Of a DNA stretch of 64,000 bases, positions 50,732 to 63,339 are shown piece by piece; within the stretch, counting starts at the first letter, position 1; each line of letters begins with the position of its first letter. A program made the position numbers and the translations under genes. A model generated the notes under the pieces. The model did no database searches, was not told the DNA's origin, and saw nothing but the letters and a program-made list of their open reading frames with translations. The stretch is taken from assembly GCA_013239625.1 (NCBI GenBank), contig MU053810.1, positions 1,809,518 to 1,873,517 on the forward strand. The letters are read 5' to 3'. The stretch comes from Lama guanicoe (taxonomy: Eukaryota).

Positions 50732-52729
50732 AAAAGTGTTCTTCTCTTCGTGGTGTAGGGAGAGCACCTTCCTCATGGAACATCTTACAACTTGCTTTTA
50801 GGGAGAAAGGAGGAGGCAGAGCACCCTTCCTGCATCTGCAATTTCTCAAGCACCTTCGGCTCCAAATAATCAACACAGCAAAGTGGAAAAATTTTGGAGT
50901 GGTGTGTTCTTCCCCCTTTTAGTGGGAAGAAGAGACAAGGATGAGACCAACAGGACCTGATTGCCTGACTAGATGGAGTAGGTGAAGGAAGGGGATGTCT
51001 TAGAGGATGCACAGATTCGGAAGGGATGTGAATAGTAGTGGAGATATGAGAGAGAGAGAAGGAGAAAGTGAATATGTTGAGTTTGACGTGACAACAGCTA
51101 GAAGAAACATTTTGCATACAACGTGATCTTGAAACTCAGTTTGGCTGGAGGACAACCCCGTATAGACGTTTTGCCAGCCCAGAAAACCTACAGAAGAGAG
51201 TTTTTAAGTGGAGAAGAAAAATTTTAATGTACTGGCTTTGTTTATAAATCTAAGACTATAATAAAAATCGCTCTTTCATGGAGACCTAAAAAATGATACT
51301 GATCTTTCTGGTTCAAAATTTGCATGCCCCATCAGTGACTTCTAATCTTCATGGAAAACTGAAGATATGAACATAGTTTAATGCTTTGACATCATTAATT
51401 ACTACCAACTTCAGATGTTAAAAGCAAAAATCCAGTGACTAAACATGATTTATGTGATTTAAATCAAGCAGATCATGAAGGCCCGTGTAATGATAGAATA
51501 AATGCACATTTTTATGCGATCATTGACTATAAAAGAAGGGTTTCTTCTAAGGAGTGGACTTTTGTAACAAGAACTACTCTGCACGAAAGAAAAATTGACT
51601 TTGGCTTTTAAAACTGAAGATCTAAGTGTGCTGCGAGCGAGCCAAAATAACTGCAAAGCATCAGGACTGTAAAAACAGTTCTGCAGCTTTTCCCAGTGGT
51701 GTTGCCTTCGAGTCATCTGGGATGCGCAGTCTTATAGTCACTGGGTGGGTTTGTACTTGGATGGGTTGTGGATTCTTCAAGAAATTAACAGAGAGTCAGC
51801 AACTACGGGGCCAGCTATTAAATTGCTCCAATTTTCATTGCTGAAAAGTTGACCCTTCCGTGAATGTGCCAGAAGCAATGATGAGAATGCAGGTCGAAAC
51901 CGGTCTGCCAAGTCCCACCTCACTCGGCTCCCATCTGACTTTCGCAAACTCACTGCAAAAAAGCCTTCCTTCATCCAGTGCAGGAAGCCCTCCTGACTTG
52001 GCGATAGGTACTGGGAGCCATATGGAGAAAGCCAAGAGTGTGACCAGATGGTAGCTCTCTCTTGGACTTCTTCAGAGATTTATTTTTTCCTATGAAGCAG
52101 GGGGAATGGGGCAAGTCTGCCAAGCACATGGCCTGTTTTCTACTTTCATTATATGAGGCAGTCTGGGCTAGTCTTTTGGCAGCTGAAGATTTGGCAGGCT
52201 GGCAATCTTGGCAAAGCCACGCGGCTCACGGACTCAGGGGCCCTTCAGACTACAAAGTGATTCTTGCAGTTTGCAAAGTTGCTAGATGAAAGGGAAAAAA
52301 AGAAAAAGAAAGAAAAAAGAAAAAGAAATCATCCATTGCAGGCATCTAAAGGCAGGCTGGAAGTCTGACTAGCTCTGCCAAGATAGAGTGAAAAGAATGT
52401 ATTTAACCAATCTTTCCAATAGGAGCCTTATTTTGAAAGTTTTTAATGCATAAATGATGAGTGGGCATTATAGAATCTCACCCGTGTGTAGATTTCCACA
52501 CATTTCCCACAGTCAGCTCAGACTCTATGCATTTCATAGTGATGGTACACACTTCCTGGTTATTTTATAATTATAATAATTATTTCCATATTTTAAGGAT
52601 AACAACGGCACTAAAGGGTTATGTTTCCACCTTCATGTTTAACTTAAAAAAGCAGCTTTATTGAGATATAACTCATAAGCCATGTATAGTGTCCAACCAA
52701 GATTTTTATTATATTAAATTATTAATGTA

Positions 52730-53203
52730 TTTAAATTGTGGTAAGATATATATAAGATATATAAAACATAACTTGCCATTTTGACTCTTTGTAAATGTAT
52801 AATTCTGTGCCATTAATTACATCCACAGTGTCCTACAAACATCAGCCCTAACTGTTTCCAAAGCATTTTCATCACCCTGAACAGAAACTCTGTAACCATC
52901 TAGCAAAACCTGCCCATTCCCCACTCTCACAAGCCCCTGGTAACCTCTAATCTACTTTCTGTATTTATGAATTTGCTTATTCTGGATATTTAATATACAT
53001 GGAACGATACAGTATCTGCCCTTTTCCGCATGGTTTATTTCACTTAGCATAATACTTTTCTGGTTCACCTGTACTGTAGCATGCGTCAGAACATTACTCC
53101 TTCTTTTGGCTAAATAATATTTCATTGCATGTATATATGGCATTTGTTTATCCATTCATCTGGTGATAGATACTTGGGTTCTTTCCACCTCTTGGCTATT
53201 GTG
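52730..53203 (-). mobile_element. L1MB-like 3' end
   Basis: CATTTTCATCACCCTGAACAGAAACTCTG...CCCTGGTAACCTCTAATCTACTTTCTG...CCACCTCTTGGCTATTGTG. ORF 52952-53155 (-) resembles a decayed ORF2p C-terminus. Confidence 0.88.
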
Positions 53204-54763
53204 TTCAACTGACTTTCATCAATTGAATGACATTTCAACGGGGAGAACACATCCCAGAGTTACTTTGGAATCAACAGCACGTACGTTATGAGTACCTTGC
53301 AATTGTAAATCCTCTAAGGACAAGCGTCCCACGATGGGCTCTCCCAGTGCCCAGCACCGATGAAGATTGATTGGAATCAAGCATATATTAAAATAAAGGG
53401 CAGAATCGCTAAACATTTTTCCTAACATAATCTATTTGGAAAAAGATAATGTGGTTCCCTTAAGCATAAATCATTCCTGACTAATCAAATAGACTTCTTT
53501 GAGGTGATACATATTTATGTGGAAAAGCAGACCCTGAGAATATGGCTTGCTTAAATTTTCAAAATGTCTTGGAGAAAGTTTTATACCAAAGCTGTAATGT
53601 TTTACGGAAACCACCACAGAATTGGAAATAGGAGCAAGCAGGGTTACCATTATAGAAAAGTGACATTTTGTTCGATGAATATTTATTATGTGCTTAGTTA
53701 GGAACTACGGAAAGTACAAAATAAGATGTGCTCCCCCAAACCCACAACCCTACAGGAACGGAAGCACAAAGAATAATTTAAAACGTGTATGGCATAATGG
53801 GTCACATTTTTACAAGAAAAAATGTAAACAATGGAATTCCTTAGGGAATCAGATCTATTTTAAACATTTTATGTAAAGTGGTGGAGAATATATATATATA
53901 TATAAATCGGCAAGTTTACATCACCAATAAATTCTTCCAAGAAGGAAAGCCATAGATGAATTCATGCTTCACGAATGAACAAAAACAACAACAAATGGCA
54001 ATGCACTCCCACTGAGTACTGAATAACAATAATATAATATGAACCCATCTTAAAAATTGGATTTTAATTTATCAATTCTATTCCATCACATATGACCCAG
54101 GATAAGTGACTAAGTGTGTTTTTCCCACACCAAAACTATTATATTGAGCATACATGGTTTTTTAAAAAATGGTTTAATACAATAATAGGAAGACGGTTTG
54201 GGAACACACCAGAAAACACCTCCTAACCTATCATGATCTTGGACCAGTCTTGCTTAGTCATGAATTAAATGTTTTAAATTATGGAATTATGTGTCTAATC
54301 CTGCAGTTTCAAAAGGTCCATTTCATTGAAAACATCAACTTTATAAGATAATATGAATCTCACTACTAAAAGCATCAGAATGTTTTTTTTTCAAGAAAAA
54401 CAATCTGTAGATTCATATTTTATGCAAGACATGAACAATTCCTTGGTATGAACTATTAAAACATTTTGGTTAAAATATGTTTAAAAATTTCATGTGGATT
54501 CTCAGAAAAACACACCAAAATTAACAGAATGATCAGAAACAACTGTTTAGCTTTAGCAAATGTTATTTTCAATGTCAATAGCCAGGTGATAAAATCTGAG
54601 TTACTTAATTGTAGAAATAGTAGAAAATAATATGAAAACATCATTAAACTAAAAGAATTCAGAATGTGTCAGAATACTCAAATGCCAAACTTTAAGTTTA
54701 CTATACATCATAATCATTGATCTAAGTTAACCAAAGGGCTTGTTACATGCCAAGCTCTCCCTC

Positions 54764-54800
54764 TTTTTTGTTTGTTTGTTTGTTTGTTTGTTTGTTTTTT
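54764..54800. repeat. (TTTG)n microsatellite
   Basis: Seen directly. Confidence 0.9.
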
Positions 54801-56748
54801 GCTTTTTGCTTACGAACGTGAATTGAATAGATCTATTCATAATGGGTAGCATATAATTGACATGGAAAAGATCCAGAGAAAACAAGTACAATGAGGAGAG
54901 TTGTGGTGAGGGATGTCAGAGAAGACAAATGAAAAAGTCTAGAATTGTAGTTGGAGAGGTAAAGATGGAGTGAGGCTATTTTGATGTTAAAAATTGCAGA
55001 AGGCAAAAGTAGGGGAGACTATGAGGTCATTCATCAGATCCTGGGATATCAGAGCAAGGGGAAAACTCTTTAGATTTTTGTGAGGAAAATTTAAGGTTGA
55101 TGTCAAGGATATAACTCTTCAGAGTGGAATGTATCATAGACTCAACGTGAAGAGGAAAAGAAAATGAGTTAAGTCAACTCAAAAATTAACAAAGTTTAAT
55201 ACAAGAGGACAATTAGTAGATGGTGGATTCTCCTTGACTTGCTAGCAGATGACTATGGAGTCAAACACATCCATCTTCCATAAACACATTGCTGCTGAGC
55301 TGGGTATAAACAAAGATTCTGAAACCAAACAGATTCTGAAAAAATATGTATGTGACCTCATCCCACTCCAAGCTATTGGAAAAGAAAGTAATGTTTCAAG
55401 AGTTTTTTTTTTTTCCCCTGGGAAACTATTAATGAATCTTACAATTTATATATATTATTAAAATATCATTGTAATTTATGTAAAAATTTATGTAAAAATC
55501 TTGTAATATTATCATAATATTTACATAATTTTCACAACTTTGCTTGTATGCGCAGTGAGTTGGTCTATACATCTTGCCATTTCTAAGTTTCTTTTTTTTT
55601 TCCCCCCAAATTAAAGCTACATCCAGGTTGAAGAAATGTGGTCTCAGTGAAAATAGGTTAATGGGTCTTTGTCTCTGGCAAAGCAGATATTAGTTCAGAC
55701 TTAATTTGGATCAGGATTCACCTGGTTTCATTAAAGTTCTAAAATCTGAAACAGGGGAAATCTGAAATAGGGGAAATAAGCTAGGACTTTATCAGGACAA
55801 TAAACAAATTAGATCAATAACATGCAGATAATTCTTAACTTTATCAGAAAGTCACCTTTAATCCTAAAATGTTCCAGCTGGAGCTAGAGGAATAAACAGA
55901 TGACTCCAGTAATGTAGAGATAAAATAATGGTTGACTTAATTCATCTCAGAAACTATCACCCTTTATCTGCTGGGAACAGATGCACAAGGTACTTCCAAT
56001 TATGGAACCAGGATCAGAACGCATTCTTCCCTCCAGTAAGAACATTTAAAAGTAAAATCAACGTCTCTCTTCTCAAGGTGCAACTTTCAGCTACATTTTT
56101 CTGGAAATAATGCATTGGTGGAAAATGCTAAATATGCTTCCGTTGAAGGGCTGAATCAGAAAGCACCCCACAAGATCCATCATTCAACGTTATTCCCCTG
56201 TGTGTGCACCCGTGTGGGAGTACCTAGGCTCACAGGCCAAATGCCCAGAGGGTCAGGAAATCTATAATGACACAGGAAAAGAGCTCCATTTTTGTCCCCC
56301 AAGGATATACAGTAAATGCTATGTCATCTGGAGAATTCTGTAAGGGAGCTATGGACCAAGATTAGGCTGTACCAAGAAGAAGACAAAAATCCTGATGAAA
56401 ATGTATTATTTTAAAATCAAGTCACCACATTTCATAAAGGTGGACCAGATGTCTAGAACTGAGTATATCTGCATGACTTGGGTCTTCTATTTCATCTGGA
56501 TGGCCTGGCCAAGGGCAGACCAACATGTGTCTTAAATTGCACTTGCTTCTTTCTGAGAATGCTCCTTAGGTAAGGTTAAACTTTTTTCTTCTCTACAACA
56601 AATGATTTAACTATGTAAACTGGCTTGACTTCACCAACAAATTGTGGCTTTCATGGAATTGTTTTAAATGCCCGTGTTTAACCCTGCACGAAGCCCACCA
56701 TTTGATTTGCCTGAATTTTCACCTTTTGAATGGGGAAGTTGGTTAAGT

Positions 56749-56875
56749 CAGTGTTTCTCAAAATTAAATTCTGATGCAGTGGGTCTGGTGTGAGCCTTGG
56801 GGGGTCTTCACTTCTGACAAGCTCCCCAAACAGGCCTATGCTGGTGGTCTGAGGATCACACTCAGGATAGTGGAG
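56749..56875. mobile_element. MER5A-like hAT fragment, internally deleted
   Basis: CAGTGTTTCTCAAA...TTCTGATGCAGTGGGTCTGG...TTCTGACAAGCTCCC...TGCTGGTGGTCTGAGGATCACACT. Confidence 0.7.
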
Positions 56876-58177
56876 TTAAACAATTACTTAACCCATCAAT
56901 TATAACACTTGGGTGTATTCTGAAGATACTCTGAGAGCATCATTGAAGTTCTGCATTTTTATGTTTTAAATTTTGCCATATTTCCACTCAAGAACTGACT
57001 CTAAATCTGCCTGGATCATTCAACAGGCAGTTCTTGTCTTGAATTCACAATATTAGACCACACCTTTGAAGGACCACATCTAAACCAAGTAACGTCACCC
57101 AAATATAGAGAAATGCCTTTGAGTAAAAAAAAATCACTTTTTGTTTCAATAAACTTTATCTATAAAGAGTGAAAGCTATTTTCTACTTTCAAAAACTTCT
57201 CAAATGGAAGGACAGTGACTACACTTCTGAAAGGTCAAGAGATTTGCCTTGGGTTTCTACAGCTGATGGGTTTCATTCCTTTTTCTGTTGAGCGGCTTGG
57301 ACTTTGAAATTTAATATCTACCCTTGCAAAGACTGATCACAAGTATTTCAGATTTTCACAGATAAGTTTCTAACTGGAAAAGGCTGTGAAATGCTGGCTA
57401 GCTGTTTGGGACATTGCCACAGTCTATAGAAAAATTCAGGCAAACGCTTGAGAAGTACGAATCGTGATACAGAACCTAACACATAAGAAAATGTGTTAAC
57501 AAAGTAGGTTGAAAATATAAATAATTTAACACATTAAACAAGTTGCTATAATAAAGTAAATTACAGATTTCTCAGGAGAAGATATATACTAGTTGAAATT
57601 CTAGTCAAAAAACAAATTTTAAGTAGAAAATATGTAGGAAAGAGATAAGGGAGGATGCAGGAAATCTAGGTGAACATTATCAGGCATACCCTACCAAGAC
57701 TCAAAGGGATTACATATTGAAACCTCCTATCTTGTCTCATATTCAAATCCCCAAGTTCTGTGGATGTGATTTCTTTTAAACTGAAATTCCAAACTTCTAT
57801 ACTTAGTGTGTAGACTACAGAAAGGAAGTGATAAATAGACAAAGCAAACACTGTCGAAGCAGTTAAATACATGTTACACTGATTTCAAAGGATCTATGCA
57901 AAATTGGAAACCAGTGTATTAACTGTAGATGTTAAACTATCTGATTTTATTTAGGATAAAGTACTCTGTAAGTAGAAAAGCATTAATTTTTACAATTGTA
58001 TAGTATACTTAATTTCATTTTATTGAATTGGTTTACTAATTTGGAAGGCAAATAACATGCATTTGTAAATAACATTATGTATTTGTTCTGTTCATATCAA
58101 TCAATATAGGTGAGTGAATTCAGTAAGTGGAAGTGACAAATAACATTCAGTAGTACAAAAGTTTTAACATAATGGAA

Positions 58178-58308
58178 AATATCTTGTAGTAACCTATAAT
58201 GAAAAAGAACATAAAAAAGAATATATGTGTGTGTATGCATGATTGAAACATTATGGTGTACTCCAGATACTGACACAACATTGTAAACTGACCATACTTC
58301 AATAAAAT
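58178..58308 (+). mobile_element. Cetartiodactyl-type L1 3' tail
   Basis: AATATCTTGTAGTAACCTATAATGAAAAAGAA...CTGACACAACATTGTAAACTGACCATACTTCAATAAAA. Confidence 0.85.
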
Positions 58309-58366
58309 ATTAAACAAAAATTTTGAATTATAAAATAAAATAATTTTCTTTCTTTCTCTACAAACT

Positions 58367-58717
58367 GAGAACTAGATTTTAAAATGGTTGAGTAGAGAGA
58401 CTCACAGCTCAGCCCCTCCCACAAATACACTGAGAATTATAGCTACAGACCCATTGAATCACACAGAACACCTACTGAACTCTGGCAGAGCATCACTCAT
58501 TTCAAAATACAGAAAGATCCTCAAAATCCTATAAACAATAAGTCCATACTGTACAGCACAGGAAACTATATTCAATATCTTGTAGTAACTTACAGTGAAA
58601 AAGAATATGGAAATGAATATATGCATGCTCCTATATGACTGAAGCATCATGCTGTACACCAGAAATTGACACAACATTGTAAACTGACTGTCAATAGAAA
58701 ATAATAAATAAATAAAA
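58367..58717 (+). mobile_element. Bipartite L1: 5' UTR start (~165 bp) joined directly to the 3' tail (~185 bp)
   Basis: AAAATGGTTGAGTAG...CAGCTCAGCCCCTCCCACAAATACAC...ACAGAACACCTACTGAACTCTGGCAGA resembles the cetartiodactyl L1 5' end. From 58531, ATAAACAATAAGTCCATACTGTACAGCACAGGAAAC... is the L1 3' tail with an A-rich end. Confidence 0.75.
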
Positions 58718-59886
58718 TTCAAGTAAACAAGGCTAGAGAATCTGCTCTCTCAACCTAACAATACTGCTAGTAGTGTAATAGGTAGAGGAATGATAGAGTA
58801 AGGTTATCATTTGGACAATAAGAGAAAGAAAGCATTAAAGATGATAATAGACAAGATGAAGATAGTCCCAAAGAGAGCACTAGCTCGTTACAAACCCACA
58901 CACAATGCCTTGTGGCTCACATCCCCAGGAAATACTTATTTCTAATTAGACTTGCCAACGAGTATACAAAGAAAAAGCCCTTAATGCAATGCATCTTTTA
59001 AAGGATCTCTTCCACTGGAAAAACTGAAATGGTAGTTATATTAGAAGGTTATTAGCAGTGCTGTGCTTTATACTTTAAGATACTTTCTCTAAATATTCAT
59101 AGAACTTATTTTTGCTTGTTTTGGCCTAGGCTGATGATTTAACTCAAGAAAGGATTTCCTTTGTTATGCCAAGATTCTGTTTAGTGGAAATTTAGGATTA
59201 TTCTTAATGCTATGGCGATTGGGAGTAAGGGGGTTTGCTTAATAATGATTTTACTAACGTCAAAATGAGTTTTCACGCTCAACTGTGAAATTCAATAAAA
59301 AACTGGAAATATATGCGGGGGACTCTGCATTAAGTAATCATCTTGAAAGAATTTAAATCTTTACAACCAGGGGGTGTTATTAGGGATGACTGTTCTCTTC
59401 AGGGCCACTGACCATGGTAAGCACATTTAACCTCATGTAGGTGTGCTTAGGTTCACGGGGCAATGGCTCTTGGCTCCTCTGAAGGGCTTCCTCTTCCTTG
59501 GTCCCTTTCCAGGATCACATCTGTTTTAAAGAAAACACCCTAAAGTGACTGTACCAAAAGCATTTTCTTGCTGATTTCACTCATCTTTCTCACATCCTCT
59601 TCTTTATTCCCTCCTTGACCTCGTCTATATCCCAAAGATCTTTCTGCCTCTGCTTCTCTTACTTCCACATCATAAAAAACTTGCAATTTAATGGAAAGCG
59701 TTCCCAACTTTTCATCTACACTGAGGGTAGGTGAGGCAGGGCAGGCACCCTGACACAGGCACACGCATGTGGCTCTGTAGGAACATGTCTTTGCTCCTGT
59801 TCTCCTTTAGGCTTCCCATTTCGACTGTTAATAAGTTACAAGTAGTCACAGATAAATGAATTTCCCATTAAGGCCACCCTCCAGGT

Positions 59887-60015
59887 TATTTATTTATTAA
59901 TTTTTAAAAGGATCTATTGAGTGTTGTGTACCAGGAACTTTACTTGGATCTGTGGGCTTAGAGATTGGGACTACCCAGCCCTTGTCCTCAAGAGACTCAC
60001 AGGATAATAGAGAAA
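59887..60015 (-). mobile_element. L2 3' fragment
   Basis: TTATTTATTTATT...TATTGAGTGTTGTGTACCAGGAAC...CCTTGTCCTCAAGAGACTCACAG. Confidence 0.6.
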
Positions 60016-60068
60016 ACCGATATTTTCCCAGCAGGCACCTGATGACTAGCATAAAAATAGAAAATGGA

Positions 60069-60195
60069 GGGGGAGTGTATAGCTCAATTGACAGAGCACA
60101 TGCTTAGCATCCATGAGGTTGTGGGTTCAATCCCCAGCACCCCCATTAAGTAAGTAAGTAAATAAATAAATAAATTACTCCCCTCCTCCAAAAAT
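60069..60195 (+). mobile_element. tRNA-derived SINE (camelid Vic-1-like)
   Basis: GGGGGAGTGTATAGCTCAATTGACAGAGCACATGCTTAGCATCCATGAGGTTGTGGGTTCAATCCCCAG, (TAAA)n tail, partial TSD ATAGAAAA. Confidence 0.88.
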
Positions 60196-61192
60196 AATAT
60201 AGAAAAGTGATAGAACTCTTCACTCATACAATTATTCATTCAACATGAGCTTTTAACTCATTCATTCAGGTATCATTCATATATGGTGAACAGGAAAAAT
60301 AAGATCTCTGTCTTTGGGAGCTGAACCAAGACTGCCCACGTGTGCCTGCGTGCCTGTGAACGCCCACGTGCGTGCACACACACGTGCAAACACACACATA
60401 TGCGCAGAGTGTGTACAGGTACTGATTTGAGTTTTATCTTTAAAGAACATATTTGATTTTGCTATCACACACAACAGCTAAGATTTGTGAATGCTGCTTC
60501 TTGCTCTATTGTGATGTGCTCCTAACATCAGGCTCAGTAGAAGCCCTGTATTTCCAATTTAAAAACACTTCCCTGGTGAGTATTTTACTGACTACAGCTC
60601 TACCTGCATCGGATCATGCAGGCAGACAGGACACCCTTTGAAAAAATGTATCCTGCCATGTCAACTACGCCTAGTGGGACCTCAAACCTTGGCATTTAGC
60701 TATGTTTATGGAAACCTATGATCATGTTCCATATACAGATGTAGGCACAAGAGATGTGAAAAGAAATATCTGTGTGTGAGAGTTTTCAGTGGAACTGACT
60801 TGATGAGATAACATTATAAAGAAAATTTGTCAATATTTTCCCACATTGATAAGCTGCTACTTTTTGACTCCTGTCAAGTTTACAGATTCTTTAGCCGTTT
60901 GTGATAAAAGAATCATTGATAGAGAATAAAAAGTAAGCCTGAAAAGAGTTGATGGTCTGTGTGATAATGTAAGAAAGAGCTTTGAAAACTCATTTGCAGA
61001 ACTGTGAAAAGCTCAACTCTTTTCAAAATGAGTTATAAATATCTTAGAAAAGTGTGTGTGTGCTAATTTCCTGTTTCAATGGAGCAATAAAAGGAAGAGA
61101 AGAAAATGTGTGTGTGTGGGGGGGGTTCTTATGACTATAGAAATGAAAGGAAGAAGAAATCTGAATCCCAAGGACTAGGCGATGAAAAGAGA

Positions 61193-62220
61193 TTACCCAA
61201 TCAAAATTCCAGCAAGTTATTTTGTGGAAAGCTACAAAGTGATTTTCCAGTTTTTATGGAAGGCAAAAGACAGAATAGCCAATATAATACTTAAGAAGAA
61301 GAACAAAATCAGAGAACTGACATTACCAAGTTTCAAGACTTACTATAAGGTGAGAGTAATCAAGACAGTGCTGTATTGACAAAAGAATAAACAAATAGAT
61401 CAATGGTGTTCCACTGATAGTCCAGAAATAGACTCACATAAATACAGCCAACTAAGCTTTCACAAAGGAGCGAAGGTAATTCAGTGGAGAAATAATAGTC
61501 TTTTCAACAAATGGTGCTGGGACAACCGGACATCCGCATGCAAAAAAAAAAAAAAAGGAATCTAGACACAGATGCCTTTCACAAAAATTAACTGAAAATG
61601 GATCATAGACATAAATGTGACATGCAAAACTATAAAACTCATGGAAGAAAACATATGAGCGAATCTAAGTGACTTTGGGTTTAGTGATGACATTTTAGAT
61701 ATAACACCAAAAGCAAGATTCATGAAACAAAAACTTGGTAAGTAGGACTTCACTAGAACTAAACACTTCTGCCCTGTGAAAGATACCATTAAGAAAATGG
61801 GAAGACAAGCCATAGAGTTGGAGAAAGTATTTGCAAAACACATATCCAATAAAGGACTTGTATCCAAAATAGACAAAGAACTCTTGAAAGTCTGCAGTAG
61901 AACCTTACCAAGGAAAATACACAGATGGCAAATAAATGTATGAAAAGATTGTCATCATATGTCAAAAAGGAACTGTGGATTAAAACAACATTGCGATCCC
62001 ACCACACACCTATTAGAATGGTAAAAACCCAAAACACCAACAACGGCCAATATATATAAGGACGTTAAGCAACAGGAATTTATATTCATTGCTGGTGGGA
62101 TGCAAAATGGTACAGCACCTTTGGAAGACAATCTGGCAGGCGAGAGGGGGTATACAGAAACTCTCTATTCTGTATTCAATTTTTCTACAAACCTAAAGCT
62201 ACTCAAAAATACAGTGTGTT
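61193..62220 (+). mobile_element. L1MC-like ORF2 3' region and 3' end, with internal deletions
   Basis: ORF 61182-61379 contains L1 ORF2p-like PIKIPASYF...LTLPSFKTYYK. TTCAACAAATGGTGCTGG is present. The terminal GGGTATACAGAAACTCTCTATT...AACCTAAAGCTACTC resembles the L1MC1 3' end. Confidence 0.88.
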
Positions 62221-63339
62221 TTTTTTTTCAAAGAAAGAATAAAGCTGTCCCTGAAACAAAAGTCACATTAAAATACCAAAAAAAAAAAGAAAAAAAAAGA
62301 AAATTAGAGGCAAAAGTCTACCCTTCAGAAAAAACATAAGATAAGAAACTAAAAGTGAAATAAAACTGCCAATAGAACGTAAATGTTTTTCAATGGGACA
62401 GTGATTTTTAAACGTAGAAACAGAAACAGCAAACCCAAGGTAAAAAGTTTAGGGGGATTCAAACTCACGTTGTTTTCATAGCCAGATCTCATCAGGACCT
62501 CAAAATTGCATGGTTATGCTCAGTATTCCAAAAATTCATTTGCCTATTTTGGCATATGCAGTATTCATATTCAACTGTAGTTGATATCATAGTAATTAAC
62601 AGTCCAGGAGATGGGCCAACCTAATTTAATTAAAGTTTCTCAGGGAATCATCATTGTAAATTAATATTGAATGTGTTATATGCTGCAAAAGTAAAATAAC
62701 GGATTCATAATTCCATGTTGTAATGATTCCTGACATCTTTGTGAAATTTGAAGAAAAGCTATTTTCCTGTTACATGGTATACTGGGAAATGAAAAGGGGC
62801 AGTGACGTACAATTGAAGACACTGGTCTGAAAACTCAGTAATGAACAGCTGTCTATAGATATCGGCAAATGGCATAGTATTTAAACAGCCAAATATACCT
62901 CCTATGAATAAGCATAACACCAAAGAGGAAAATTGAGTTGACCCCGAACGCCAAGATGTACTGTAGTTTCTGTTTTGTTTTTAGAGGTTTCCCTGGGCAT
63001 TTATCGCTATGAGTTAGGGCAGTATTAGCTTTTGACAATTAAATACTCTCTTTTTTTTTAAAGATTGGTTGTTTCTTGATTATTATTTATGATGAGGTTA
63101 TTTCTGTCTGTTAATAGGGATGAATTTTTTTCTAAGTTAAACTGTGGATGGTGCAATTTGAGAAGCCCATTTTTATCTGAAAATGATAAGCCTTATGGTA
63201 AATTGAATTATTGTTCAAAATTCTTTATTCACACCCTCTGCACCCCCCCAATGCTGTATATATCTATGAACTTTGCCACTTGTCTTCTCAGTATCAGTAT
63301 TTACTAAAGTAGGTAGAATTTAATGCCCAATCCTATAGA

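Larger units (their letters stand above)
50021..50921 (-). mobile_element. MER34-family ERV1 solo LTR carrying two nested insertions
   Basis: CAGGAGAAAAGCACACAGGTTTTATTTGATG at the left and CTTCCTGCATCTGCAATTTCTCAAGCACCTTCGGCTCCAAATAATC...TTTTGGAGTGGTGTGTTCT at the right match MER34 in reverse. Confidence 0.8.

Noticed and set aside
55473..55500. AATTTATGTAAA x2 tandem
   Set aside because: Ordinary short duplication in AT-rich DNA.
31768..60195. All four young SINEs are on the + strand
   Set aside because: With four elements the same orientation has a 1-in-8 chance, so it is not significant.
61182..62043. ORFs with L1 ORF2p similarity
   Set aside because: Frameshifted fragments of an old L1MC element, not a functional gene.
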